A DNA stretch of 64,000 nucleotides from Gloeobacterales cyanobacterium (GCA_038245785.1 JBBRSB010000001.1:192001-256000); one strand, 5' to 3'; shown: positions 41,500 through 51,208, counted from the first letter of the stretch. Program-made: numbers and translations. The notes: generated by a model not told the origin, from the letters alone.

Positions 41500-41893
41500 T
41501 GACCTTTCCCCGATTTAGTAGACATTCCCGAAGAGTCGATAACTTAGGAGAATGTTCACATGAGTAAAAAACCGCGCAGGATATTTACAGACGAACAGAA
41601 AGCTGAGGCAGTTCGCATCGTCACTCAATCTGGCAAACCCGTTAGCCAAGTTGCCAAAGAAATGGGTCTGACCGAGCTTCGGCAAGCTCAGCTACCAAAA
41701 GCGCCCTCCGACAATGGGTCAAACGAGCCCAAAACGACCATCGCGGAGTGGATTGAGGTGTTTTACAACCGACAGCGCCTACACTCGATGATTGGATACC
41801 TTTCCCCTGTTCAGTTTGAGGAGGATTACTGGTTCACCCTAGATCATTAGATGGCAGCCTAACTTACCTGTCCACTTTTTCGGAGTAAGGTAA
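41500..41893 (+). mobile_element. Internally deleted IS3-family element (about 394 bp)
   Basis: Left end TGACCTTTCCCCGATTTAGTAGACA; right end (reverse complement) TTACCTTACTCCGAAAAAGTGGACA. OrfA N-terminus (RRIFTDEQKAEAV) is joined to the OrfB C-terminus (WIEVFYNRQRLHSMIGYLSP). Confidence 0.88.
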
Positions 41894-41958
41894 CTTTGGA
41901 CCTCATTAAAGGGGCAGGTTAAGTGAAGTCTCAAGTGCTTGAGATGAAGTCCTTAATG

Positions 41959-42573
41959 TCACGCTAGCAACTCGATCAGTTCCGCAACTGCTTTACGAAC
42001 AGCCTTGAGATCGAAGTCTGCTCTTATGGTCTCATCATCCAACTGCTCAGAAAGCTGATCGACACCAAACAGGGCACGCGGGAAACGCGGGTGAATGACC
42101 CGACCAAGCAGTTCCTGTGCCGCTTCCGAACTCGCCTGCGCCGATAGCCCAAACGCCTCCTTCAGGTAAACACTCAGTCGTTCGTGGACTGCGGAGAAGA
42201 TCACGTCGAAGAACTGGGCAGCGCCCTCCGGGAACCTTTCGACCTCAGCAATGTTTAAGCGGCACATTCGGATCGTGCGACCGAATAGCAAGATCTCAAG
42301 AAACCGACCGCAGAACATCACTAGCGACTCCTCCACATCACCCGAATAATCGCTGGGCATCTTCAGCTTGCTGAGAACGAGTCCACGCACCAGATCGATG
42401 ACGGCAAGGTAGAGCTTCTCTTTGTTCTCAAAGTGAGCGTAAAGGGTGCGTTTCGAGGTCTCCGCACTAACGGCGATCACATCCATTGATGTGCGCTCAA
42501 ATCCCATTTCAAGGAACACGTCCTTAGCGACGTAGAGGATGTGTTCCCGGAGTTTATCGCCTCGCATTGCCAT
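41959..42573 (-). CDS. TetR/AcrR family regulator
   Basis: VFLEMGFERTSMDVIA..SKRTLYAHFENKEKL HTH. Confidence 0.92.
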   Translation of the reverse strand: MAMRGDKLREHILYVAKDVFLEMGFERTSMDVIAVSAETSKRTLYAHFENKEKLYLAVIDLVRGLVLSKLKMPSDYSGDVEESLVMFCGRFLEILLFGRTIRMCRLNIAEVERFPEGAAQFFDVIFSAVHERLSVYLKEAFGLSAQASSEAAQELLGRVIHPRFPRALFGVDQLSEQLDDETIRADFDLKAVRKAVAELIELLA

Positions 42574-42586
42574 AGTTAATTTACAC

Positions 42587-42623
42587 TTGACCATAAGTAA
42601 ACGGTACAGTATAGTTTACTTAT
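42587..42623 (+). promoter_or_regulatory. Promoter overlapped by a probable TetR operator
   Basis: TTGACC-17-TATAGT, with perfect inverted repeat ATAAGTAAAC-N11-GTTTACTTAT (42593-42623). Confidence 0.8.
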
Positions 42624-42648
42624 CTAAAAAGAATTGACGGACAACATC

Positions 42649-43527
42649 ATGATTGTAGTCACAACTCCGACAGGAACAATCGGATCGCAGGTTGTCAAAC
42701 ATCTTCTTGCCGCCAACGAGACGGTACGTGTCATTGTGCGTGACCCAGCCAAGCTTGCTCCTGAGGTTCACGGTCAGGTCGATGTAGTCCAAGGCTCTCA
42801 CGATGACGAGGAGGTATTGTCCCAAGCTTTAGAAGGCGCAGAAAGCCTCTTCTGGCTCATCCCGCCTTCGTTCCAGGCGAACAGCGCTATGGAGTATTAC
42901 CTCCATTTCAGCCGACCTGCATGCCGCGCGATCAAGAGTCAGAACGTGAAACGGGTCGTGGGGGTGTCAGCCCTGGGACGGGGAGTCGCAGGCGACGCGG
43001 GTTTAGTCACAGCCGCATTTGCAAATGACGCAGAAATCGAGAGTACAGGGGTCGATTTCCGGGCGCTCTGGTGTCCCTCTTTTATGGAGAACCTGCTCAG
43101 ACAAGTTGAACCGATCAAGCATCAGGGGATGTTTTCCCTCCCAGCTCGTCCAGATTTGAAGTCCCCCCAGGTGGCGACGCGGGATATCGCCGCTAGCGGT
43201 GCCAAACTTCTCCTCGACCGATCGTGGACGGGACAAGGGGGTCTCGCTGTGCTTGGTTCGGAGGATCTGTCCTTCAACGATATGGCGGCGATCATGACGG
43301 ATGTGCTCGGAAAGCCGATTCGGTTTCAGCCAATCTCCAACGAAGCCTTCAAAGCCCAGTTGATGCAGTTCGGCACGAATGAGGTCTTTGCCCAGGCGTA
43401 TGTGACTATGTTCGCTGCAAAGGCAGAGGGTCTCGATAACGCCGAAGAGCGCACAACCGAGAACACGACCCCGACCAGTTTCCGACAGTGGTGCGAGGAA
43501 GTCCTGAAGCCTATGGTTCTGAGCTAA
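42649..43527 (+). CDS. NmrA family NAD(P)H-binding protein
   Basis: IVVTTPTGTIG, FMENLL and VATRDIA motifs; divergent from TetR. Confidence 0.88.
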   Translation: MIVVTTPTGTIGSQVVKHLLAANETVRVIVRDPAKLAPEVHGQVDVVQGSHDDEEVLSQALEGAESLFWLIPPSFQANSAMEYYLHFSRPACRAIKSQNVKRVVGVSALGRGVAGDAGLVTAAFANDAEIESTGVDFRALWCPSFMENLLRQVEPIKHQGMFSLPARPDLKSPQVATRDIAASGAKLLLDRSWTGQGGLAVLGSEDLSFNDMAAIMTDVLGKPIRFQPISNEAFKAQLMQFGTNEVFAQAYVTMFAAKAEGLDNAEERTTENTTPTSFRQWCEEVLKPMVLS

Positions 43528-43615
43528 GATCTTATCTGCGAACCCGCTTGGGTAGATTCCTTAAACCAGTATAAAAAAGCCACAAAGAAAGCTCCAAATG
43601 AAAGGGGGAAGAATT

Positions 43616-43988
43616 ATGATCCTAGTAACAGGAGCTACCGGACAATTAGGGACGGCAGTAGTCCAAACTTTATTGCAAAAGACATCAGCTAACCAAATTG
43701 CCGCGCTTGTGCGTGACGAAAGCAAAGCATCTGCATTAAAAGAAAAATGGATATTTGATAAGTTCCGATACATCTACTACTGCTTATCATAGCTTTCTCA
43801 AACTCTGGCTAGGACGGTTTCAAATGCCAACCGAGCAAATCGAGCAAATGCATACAGCTTTTGGTCAGAATGTTGCAGTGTTACCACCCATCGAAGTCGA
43901 GTCCATTATTGCATCGAGTGGCTTTGACCAGCCCGTTTTATGTTTCCAAACCTTACTGCTTCGTGCTTGGTATGCGAAGCGAACATAA
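43616..43988 (+). pseudogene. Chimeric remnant: NAD(P)H-binding N-terminus joined to a methyltransferase-like C-terminus
   Basis: MILVTGATGQLG..ALVRD for about 45 codons, then in another frame VAVLPPIEVESIIASSGFDQPVLCFQTLLLRAWYA*. The methyltransferase assignment is tentative. Confidence 0.6.
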
Positions 43989-44035
43989 CTGAGTTAGAAA
44001 TTATTGGGATATCGCAAATCACAATCGCCGCAATC

Positions 44036-44149
44036 TCTCGACATGCGATCGCGCCGATTGTCAAAGTCTACTTGTTCGATCAAATCAATGAAGCATTAGA
44101 GCACCTCCGCAGTGGTAAAGCTTGCTATCGCGCCGTCCTCAAGCATTAA
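44036..44149 (+). pseudogene. C-terminal remnant of a cinnamyl-alcohol dehydrogenase-like gene
   Basis: RHAIAPIV..FDQINEALEHLRSGKACYRAVL*. Confidence 0.65.
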
Positions 44150-44256
44150 GGCGAGTATGCGCCGAATGAATGGTGGTTTTCAGGGAACTAAGCTTCTGCT
44201 CTCAAAATAGTCACTAATGCGGGCAAATTTCCGGTCACGTCTTTCCTAGTTAGCGC

Positions 44257-44376
44257 GGTACTATTCCTTTCGTCTGATGACGCAGCCTTCATAACTAGTC
44301 AGACTATCAATATTGATTGTAGAAATAACTCCGTTTAGAGAAGGGAAATACCGTCAAGTTTGGATGTCCATAGACC
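44257..44376 (+). repeat. 120-bp direct repeat, copy 2 (SDR gene tail remnant)
   Basis: Matches 38519-38638; encodes VLFLSSDDAAFITSQTINID. Confidence 0.85.
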
Positions 44377-44432
44377 AACTTCTATACGTGAGCAGGAATC
44401 GCTCGAAAATACTCAAACTAGGGAGCGTCAAA

Positions 44433-45164
44433 ATGAATCAGAAAGTTGCACTTATCACTGGGGCATCTGGGGGCATCGGTCGCGCTGTCGCCATCCGACT
44501 AGCAAATGATGGCTTTGTAGCAGTAGTGCATTATTCTGGCAACGCTGAGAAAGCGCAAGATACTGTTACTAAAATTGAGTCTAGCGGTGGACGAGCGATC
44601 GCAGTGCAAGCTGATGTAGCGGTTGTTGCTGATGTCGAACGTCTGTTTAGGCAGACGATGGAGCAGTCTGGAGCGGTCGATGTTGTCGTCAACAGTGCGG
44701 GGATTATGCCGCTATCCGCGATCTCAGATGGTGACATTGAGATGTTTGACAAGGTAATTGCGACCAACTTACGCGGGACTTTCCTCGTATTAGCACAGGC
44801 GGCTAAGCATGTATCATCAGGCGGACGGATTATCGCGTTTTCCAGCAGTGTAATTGCCAAGTCATTCCCGACCTATGGTGCTTATATCGCTTCCAAAGCT
44901 GGGGTTGAAGGGTTGGTGCATGTGCTGGCTAACGAACTGCGAGGTCGCAATATTACCGTCAACGCGGTGGCTCCAGGACCAGTTGCAACGGATCTCTTCC
45001 TCAAAGGTAAGACCGAAGCGCAGATCGACCAGATGAGCAAACTCGCCCCCATAGAACGCCTCGGTCAGGCGGAAGACATCGCCAATGTGGTGTCATTCCT
45101 GGCTAGTCCTGATGGCGGTTGGGTCAATGCCCAGGTGCTGCGGGCAAATGGCGGCTTCGCTTAA
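44433..45164 (+). CDS. SDR family oxidoreductase
   Basis: TGASGGIG, VNSAG, YIASK and NAVAPGP motifs. Confidence 0.93.
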   Translation: MNQKVALITGASGGIGRAVAIRLANDGFVAVVHYSGNAEKAQDTVTKIESSGGRAIAVQADVAVVADVERLFRQTMEQSGAVDVVVNSAGIMPLSAISDGDIEMFDKVIATNLRGTFLVLAQAAKHVSSGGRIIAFSSSVIAKSFPTYGAYIASKAGVEGLVHVLANELRGRNITVNAVAPGPVATDLFLKGKTEAQIDQMSKLAPIERLGQAEDIANVVSFLASPDGGWVNAQVLRANGGFA

Positions 45165-45518
45165 TGCGTTTGCTGCAGGGGCGCTGGCACATGCTGGTCA
45201 CACTAAAAATTCAAAACGGCTTAACAAGCATTTACAACACTCTCTTATAGGTTCGGGCAAGCAGTGAGATGCTTTGACCGTAGACCACAAAAAGGCAACT
45301 TGAATAAATCTCTAACAGGAGCAAATTCAACACCATGGAAAATCCAATCAATAATCTTACGTTGGAGCATGGTTAACCCCGCTTATCCCTCCTGTAGCAG
45401 GGCTGCGCAAGGTATAGAACCCCTTCTTCGGTCGGTGCGAGACCCCCTCGGAATTTTTTTGTTCTGCCCACGCGCCAATCGGTAGAACAGGTTTTGGGCT
45501 GTCCGCTCGATGGAAAGG

Positions 45519-46157
45519 TTAGCTGGCAAAGCTCTCAGATGCAGTATTCACCAGAACTTGAGGCTCTAAAACCCACAAGACATATCCCTTTGGCGTTGTG
45601 GTGATGATTACTTGTTCAACCGTTAGTTTAGTTTTGGCAAGCGTCTTTAAAACGTTTGCCTTATCTTGGGTTACGGCAAAAAAGCTGTAGTGCGCATCGT
45701 CTACCATGATCGCTACTAATCGTTGCTCTATCTCGGGCACGCGGATATGGCAAGACTTGTACTGACTGCGGGACTCTAAAATTCTGTAGGGGAATTCGGC
45801 TGCGACTGAATGCAAGGAAGATAGCCGGGGAGTGTCCAGACAAGCCGTTGGCTCTAATACCCAGATGGCGTATCCTCTAGCCACCGGGGTAACGACTGAT
45901 TCTTGCGCTTGACGATTTAGCTTGGCAACCATCGTGATCAGCTGAAGCTCATCAAGGACGACGCGGAAAAAGCTATAAAATTTTTGGTCCAGTAAAAGGG
46001 CTGGCAAGCGTTCTTCTATATCGGGCACCCGGATATGGCAAGACTGGTACGCGCCACGAGACGCTAAAAGACGATAGGGGGCGTTGGTCTGAACAGGTGA
46101 TGCGGAAAGGACCATTAAACTAAACTCGGGGGCTAGTATTCCATATGTAGCATTCAC
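45519..46157 (-). CDS. Hypothetical protein with two tandem ~80-aa repeats
   Basis: PYRxLxSRxxYxSCHIRVP..YSFF..GYxxWVLEP occurs twice. Confidence 0.75.
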   Translation of the reverse strand: MNATYGILAPEFSLMVLSASPVQTNAPYRLLASRGAYQSCHIRVPDIEERLPALLLDQKFYSFFRVVLDELQLITMVAKLNRQAQESVVTPVARGYAIWVLEPTACLDTPRLSSLHSVAAEFPYRILESRSQYKSCHIRVPEIEQRLVAIMVDDAHYSFFAVTQDKANVLKTLAKTKLTVEQVIITTTPKGYVLWVLEPQVLVNTASESFAS

Positions 46158-46195
46158 GTCCCTTCATCTTTTTTAACATTTCGTGAAGTTTGCTT

Positions 46196-46819
46196 TCATA
46201 GAGGCTCTTGCTCCAATCGGGCCACATCTTCAGGGGCATTGCAATTGAACAGCATTTCCTCTGCCCAAGGCAGCTCCTGCACAGGAATCTGGGACAGCCA
46301 AGCTTGAAAAGAGCGTCCCCCCTGGCTTAAAAACTGTTGCAATGAGTCAAGGCTGGCCTGTCGATAGAAGGCACACAAAGGCTCCCATCCCTTCTGCGTC
46401 TCTTCACGAGAAACGAGGGCCATCACATTAGGGGAAATATTTTTTAGTTCCTCGGCCCAAGAGCGTAGCGTAGGGGCGTCGAGTTTGGGAAGGTCACAGG
46501 CTAGCAGGAGCACCCATTCCGTTTGTACATGGGCTAAGCCTTGAGCAAAACCAGATAGAGGACCTTGGGCCGCTACTTCTTGAATAAACTGGCATACTCC
46601 TGGGACTATGGCCTGATAGCGTTCAGGCCATGCGGTCACTATATAGATACTTTCCGGGAGAACCGCTTGCGCTACCGAGCAAACCTGACGGAGCATCGGC
46701 CTCCCGTGGATCTTGACCAATGCCTTATCTTGCCCCATGCGGCTGCTTTTTCCTCCTGCCAGGATCAGGGCACTGAGGTTTGTTCGGACAGGCTTTTCCT
46801 CCTCGGAGGGGTCAGACAA
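46196..46819 (-). CDS. mobA: Molybdenum cofactor guanylyltransferase
   Basis: ILAGGKSSRMGQDKA, GPLSG, LACDLP and FNCN motifs. Confidence 0.93.
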   Translation of the reverse strand: MSDPSEEEKPVRTNLSALILAGGKSSRMGQDKALVKIHGRPMLRQVCSVAQAVLPESIYIVTAWPERYQAIVPGVCQFIQEVAAQGPLSGFAQGLAHVQTEWVLLLACDLPKLDAPTLRSWAEELKNISPNVMALVSREETQKGWEPLCAFYRQASLDSLQQFLSQGGRSFQAWLSQIPVQELPWAEEMLFNCNAPEDVARLEQEPL

Positions 46820-47285
46820 GATGAAATTCCTTTAGCGCGGGGAGAAAGTTGTGATTCTCGTGGTCAGAACGGCTCAATTTGATCAGGGCGAACCGCTCAA
46901 GCGTAGACAAGTGCGCCCATTGCTCCACCGTAAAGTTTAGCTTGAGAGACTGCGCTTGTTCTTGGACGCTAGCAGGAATTATGATGCTGTTATTCCATTC
47001 AGGATGGATATCAATCGCCAGTTCGGAAGGAGGTTGTCCTACGCACCCGATGACCAGTTGCTGTAGATGCTCCCGATAGGCTTTTATTTCTTTGGCCGTC
47101 TGGCAGGGCATTTCCACTAAAGTTTGGCGTTGCTCACGGTTAAACTTATTCCACTCGCTTAATTTGAGTTTGATGCCACAGCTGTCCAGCTTGAGACGGA
47201 CCGCCATCGGCACACAGCGTAACGCATCCACGAAATCTGCTTCAAACTGGAAAAAATGCGAGGAATTAGTAGCGTTTGAAATCAT
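46812..47285 (-). CDS. narM: Nitrate reductase-associated protein (NarM)
   Basis: FFQFEADFVDALRCVPMAVRLKLDSCGIKLKL..RFALIKLSRSDHENHNF; lies between nirA and mobA. Confidence 0.85.
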   Translation of the reverse strand: MISNATNSSHFFQFEADFVDALRCVPMAVRLKLDSCGIKLKLSEWNKFNREQRQTLVEMPCQTAKEIKAYREHLQQLVIGCVGQPPSELAIDIHPEWNNSIIIPASVQEQAQSLKLNFTVEQWAHLSTLERFALIKLSRSDHENHNFLPALKEFHLV

Positions 47286-47336
47286 ACAGAGTCTTGCCAG
47301 TTACGGTTTCCCTCACTTTGTGTGAGGGAATCTCTA

Positions 47337-48866
47337 TTATGACGCCTCTAGCTGTTCTAACGACTCTCGTACTTCCGCCCCGAAATGCTCCATCAGCAGA
47401 GACTTAAGTACACTGGGCAGTTCTTCGCAGGGCACTTTTTCATGAATCAGTTCGGCCAGCTTGGAACCTTTGCCGACCTTCCCGCCCAAGAGGATATTCA
47501 CCCCGTCTACGGTTTGGCCGTTGTACTTAGCCTTAGTGCCAATCAATCCGATATCTCCAATCTGGGGCTGACCGCAGGAATTGGGACATCCGGACCAGTG
47601 AATACGCACGGGTTGTGGTAGATATAGTTCCTCTGCCAAAACTTGAGCCAATTTCAACGCTCGCTCCTTGGTCTCAATAATCGCCAGGTTGCAGAACTGG
47701 GCTCCCGTGCAAGAGACCAAGCCGCGTAAGAGCGGGTCTGGGTTAGGAGAGAATTCTTGCAAGAGGGATTCAGCCAGGAGCTGATTCAGACGGTTCTCAT
47801 GCACATGCGGTATCAAAACGCTTTGTTCTACTGTGAGCCGAATTTCGCCAGTGGCATACTCCTCTGCCAAACGGGCCAGCTCAAGAGCGCGGTCGCCATA
47901 GATCCGACCAATAGGAACGTGGAGGCCCACAAAGAAATAGCCAGGCTGTTTCTGGTGATGGACACCCACATGGTCGCGCTTGGCATAATCAATAAATTCG
48001 TGATCAGATTCGGTCGCTAAGGGTGCTCCAAAAGACTTCTCTACTTCTTGGCGAAACTTTTCGATTCCCCAGTCATCAATCAGGTGCATCATCCGAGTTT
48101 TGGTACGGGCGTCTCTGGCTCCAAAATCATGGAAAACATCTAAAATCGCTACTGAAAGCGGCGCCACCTGTTCCGGCAGGACAAAACAATCGAGGGGAAT
48201 GGCTGGAGTAGCCCGTTGTGCATTCAACACGCCGCCGACCAGAACATTGAAGCCTACTTTTCCCTCTTTTTCGGCAGGGATAAAACCGATGTCATTAATT
48301 TCGGCATGGGCAGAGTTTTCTCGGTCGCCCGTAATCGAAATATTGAACTTGCGGGGAAGATTGCTAAGACGCTCGTTGCCCTTGCCATAATTAGTAATCA
48401 AGTTATCAATTTCTTGGGTCAAGGGACGAACATCAATTACTTCACTGGGGTCTAAACCAGCCACAGGAGAGCCAACGACGTTGCGCACGTTGTCCATGCC
48501 AGACTGGATAGTGGTCAAACCCACTGTCTGTAACCGGCTCATGATTTCGACAATGTCTTCAATCCGCAAGCCACGCAGTTCGATATTTTGGCGGGTGGTG
48601 ATGTCTAGCTGTTGGACATCAGAAAACTCCAGGAGCAAAGTTCCAAGGACCCGCATCTGTTCACTGGTAATAATGCCATTGGGAGCCCGAAGCCGGACCA
48701 TCCAACGACCTGGTGTCTTTTTGCGAAAAAACCAACCTACCCACTTCAGCCGTTCTAAATCTTCCTTGGGAATAGCTTCCCAGCCCATCGCCGCAAAATC
48801 AGCAAGTTCATGTTTGACGGCCAACCCTGGCTTTGTCTCTTTAATTTTCTCAATGGGATTGCTCAT
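47337..48866 (-). CDS. nirA: Ferredoxin-nitrite reductase
   Basis: DITTRQN, SGMDNVRN, LPRKF, CTGAQFC and GCPNSCG siroheme/4Fe-4S motifs. Confidence 0.95.
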   Translation of the reverse strand: MSNPIEKIKETKPGLAVKHELADFAAMGWEAIPKEDLERLKWVGWFFRKKTPGRWMVRLRAPNGIITSEQMRVLGTLLLEFSDVQQLDITTRQNIELRGLRIEDIVEIMSRLQTVGLTTIQSGMDNVRNVVGSPVAGLDPSEVIDVRPLTQEIDNLITNYGKGNERLSNLPRKFNISITGDRENSAHAEINDIGFIPAEKEGKVGFNVLVGGVLNAQRATPAIPLDCFVLPEQVAPLSVAILDVFHDFGARDARTKTRMMHLIDDWGIEKFRQEVEKSFGAPLATESDHEFIDYAKRDHVGVHHQKQPGYFFVGLHVPIGRIYGDRALELARLAEEYATGEIRLTVEQSVLIPHVHENRLNQLLAESLLQEFSPNPDPLLRGLVSCTGAQFCNLAIIETKERALKLAQVLAEELYLPQPVRIHWSGCPNSCGQPQIGDIGLIGTKAKYNGQTVDGVNILLGGKVGKGSKLAELIHEKVPCEELPSVLKSLLMEHFGAEVRESLEQLEAS

Positions 48867-48975
48867 ATTAGGAACCAGTGGGTTTACTGCGCACAGGGCA
48901 CTCCGGAACCAACTCTGAAAGGAGCGTTGAGAAAGTTCCCATGTGTACAGGAAACACGCTTTAGACTATAGAAAA

Positions 48976-48991
48976 TGTATTTTTCATAACA
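48976..48991. promoter_or_regulatory. NtcA-like binding site between nirA and ntcB
   Basis: TGTA-N8-AACA, one mismatch to GTA-N8-TAC. Confidence 0.55.
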
Positions 48992-49150
48992 GAATGAACC
49001 CTTTAATCGGCCTATGTTCATCGAACTGATAACAAAAATGCATCAAATTTTGATTCTTAAGGATGTGTGCGGAGAACCAGGGAGTGTTTAGTATCTTTTT
49101 ATACAAAAGCTACGGGGGTGAGTACGGTAAAGCTTCTAGTGACGAACAAC

Positions 49151-50125
49151 ATGGAACCTTCTGTGGATTCTAGGCAATTACGATACTTTCTCGCTTTAGT
49201 CACTTTTGCCAATTTCCGCGTGGCTGCCAAGAACTCTGGTATTTCTCAGCCGGGATTGAGTCGGCAGATTATGTCTTTGGAAGCGGAATTGGGTGGGCCT
49301 CTATTCAACCGCAACAGTCGCAAAATCACGCTGACGCCGATTGGCGAATGTTTCTTGCCCTATGCTCGTCGAGCCGTTCGAGAATTGGAACAGAGCCAGC
49401 AGGCGATCAAAGAATTGCTCCGCCCAGATAAGGGTGAGATTTGTGTGGCAGCTCTCCACTCGGTGAATACCTACCTTTTGCCTTCCCTCCTTGCTCAGTT
49501 CCGCGAACAATATCCCCAGATCCAGCTGCGTCTCAGTTCGCTTGGCTCGGAGCGCATCACCAAGGTTTTGTTGGACCGATTAGTCGACTTGGCGATTGTG
49601 ATGGGGCCTGCCACCGCTCCAGAGTTGCTCAGTATCCCGCTATACGAGGAAGAATTAGTATTTTTGGTCCCCGCCAAACATCCTCTTACCCGTCTTGAGA
49701 CAGTACGGCTTATTGATATCGCCCCCTATCCCCAAATCGTCTTCCGAGATGGCTATGCCATGAATACAACCCTCAATCAAATATTCGCTGAGATTGATTG
49801 CGTGGTGGATGTGGCGGTGGAATTGAATACCTTAGAAGCTTTCAAAGAAACCGTGCGTCAGGGCGTTGGTGTAGCTCTGCTCCCTATTACAGCCGTTCAA
49901 AATCTACCCCCTGACTTGGTCAGCTTGCGGGTCAAAGATCCAAAGTTGACCCGCAAAGTGGAGTTGATTTGCCATCGAGATAACTATCAAATTCCGGTGG
50001 TGGCCGCTTTTGCCGACTTGGTTGTCAAACGCCTACCGTTTATTTTCAATCAGTGCACTCAAAACTCTCTGGAACGTAGCTCCTTTGGAGAAAACGTAAT
50101 TCCTTTGAAATTAGTAGCTCAGTAG
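49151..50125 (+). CDS. ntcB: LysR family regulator, probable NtcB
   Basis: NFRVAA..ISQPGLSRQIMSLE and LGSERITKVL; divergent from nirA and upstream of a cnaT-like gene. Confidence 0.75.
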   Translation: MEPSVDSRQLRYFLALVTFANFRVAAKNSGISQPGLSRQIMSLEAELGGPLFNRNSRKITLTPIGECFLPYARRAVRELEQSQQAIKELLRPDKGEICVAALHSVNTYLLPSLLAQFREQYPQIQLRLSSLGSERITKVLLDRLVDLAIVMGPATAPELLSIPLYEEELVFLVPAKHPLTRLETVRLIDIAPYPQIVFRDGYAMNTTLNQIFAEIDCVVDVAVELNTLEAFKETVRQGVGVALLPITAVQNLPPDLVSLRVKDPKLTRKVELICHRDNYQIPVVAAFADLVVKRLPFIFNQCTQNSLERSSFGENVIPLKLVAQ

Positions 50126-50167
50126 CCTCTAATCCCCTAGGATAATTAGCTCTATTGTTTTTGCCTC

Positions 50168-51208
50168 ATGAGCACTATATTCCGCGAATACGTTAAAAAG
50201 ATTGGTTCCGGTCGCCTAACAGGGCGGGACTTAACGAGAGAAGATAGTTGCAAAGCAACGGTAATGCTGCTCAAGCAGGAAGCTACCCAGGCACAGATGG
50301 GCGCTTTCTTGATTGCTCACCGGATTAAGCGCCCGACATTTGAAGAGTTGGCGGGTATTCTTGATGCCTATGACCAAGTGGCCCGACCGATGCAGGTTCT
50401 AGCCGATGCCAAAAAACCAGTAGTTTTGAGCAGCCCCTACGATGGGCAGGAACGTTTAGGGATTGTTGCCCCGCTTACAGCTTTGATTTGTAGCAGTCTG
50501 GGACAGGGCATCATTTTGCATGGCACTACCGATATGGCACCCAAACATGGCATGACCTGCTTTGATGTTTTGGCTGCTCTCGGTGTGGACTTGACCAAGA
50601 GTAGCCAGACCCTGACCCAGCAGTATAAGGACCTTGGGCTGGGCTGGGTATACTCGCCCACTCATTTTCCCGAAGCCTATGCCTTGCAGACGTTGCGAGA
50701 TGAGATAGGCAAACGTCCTCCTCTATCAACCGCAGAACTGATTTGGAATCCAGTCGGCGTAGGACTGCCGATTATTGGTTATACCCATCGAGAAACCGTG
50801 GATTTGGCCGTAGGCACTACGGAGTTGCGTGGAGGTACTCCTTTGGTAATGGTGCGGGGTGTCCAAGGTTCGTCCAATTGCACGATGTTTCACCCCAATC
50901 TCGGTTTCCGTTGGTCGCACGGAATGTCAGCCCCAGAAAACTTTCGGATTTTGGCTTCTGAATATGATTTGGGCGATGATGATTTTCCGATGCTTAAAGA
51001 TGGCAAGGATTTAGAACGGCATCGGGAAATATCTTTGGCAACGCTCCAAGGAGAAGCAACCAGTCTGCGCCATGCCGCCATTTTCAGCAGTGCTTTTATA
51101 TTGTTTCAAGCTGGATTTTATGCCACGCTAGCAGATGCTATTCCTCTAACAACACGAGCCTTAGAAGAAGGTTTAGCCTATCAGCAACTCCAGAAACTTT
51201 TGGCTTAA
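50168..51208 (+). CDS. cnaT: Anthranilate phosphoribosyltransferase-like protein (CnaT/YbiB type)
   Basis: FREYVKKIGSG, AQMGAFLIAHRIKRPT, PYDG and RDEIGKRPPLSTAELIW; ntcB-cnaT order is known from Anabaena. Confidence 0.72.
   Translation: MSTIFREYVKKIGSGRLTGRDLTREDSCKATVMLLKQEATQAQMGAFLIAHRIKRPTFEELAGILDAYDQVARPMQVLADAKKPVVLSSPYDGQERLGIVAPLTALICSSLGQGIILHGTTDMAPKHGMTCFDVLAALGVDLTKSSQTLTQQYKDLGLGWVYSPTHFPEAYALQTLRDEIGKRPPLSTAELIWNPVGVGLPIIGYTHRETVDLAVGTTELRGGTPLVMVRGVQGSSNCTMFHPNLGFRWSHGMSAPENFRILASEYDLGDDDFPMLKDGKDLERHREISLATLQGEATSLRHAAIFSSAFILFQAGFYATLADAIPLTTRALEEGLAYQQLQKLLA

Noticed and set aside
38575..44432. Shared N-terminal extension (VEITxFR..QxWMSID) on AraC and SDR
   Set aside because: It is a translation of the 120-bp repeat from TTG starts; the real starts are probably 38698 and 44433.
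45264..45485. 73-aa ORF at the right edge of the island
   Set aside because: No recognisable motif; probably spurious or a decayed fragment.
48867..48960. Possible riboswitch or structured leader upstream of nirA
   Set aside because: Only a weak stem (GGAAC..AACT/AGTT..GTTCC) and no recognisable riboswitch consensus.
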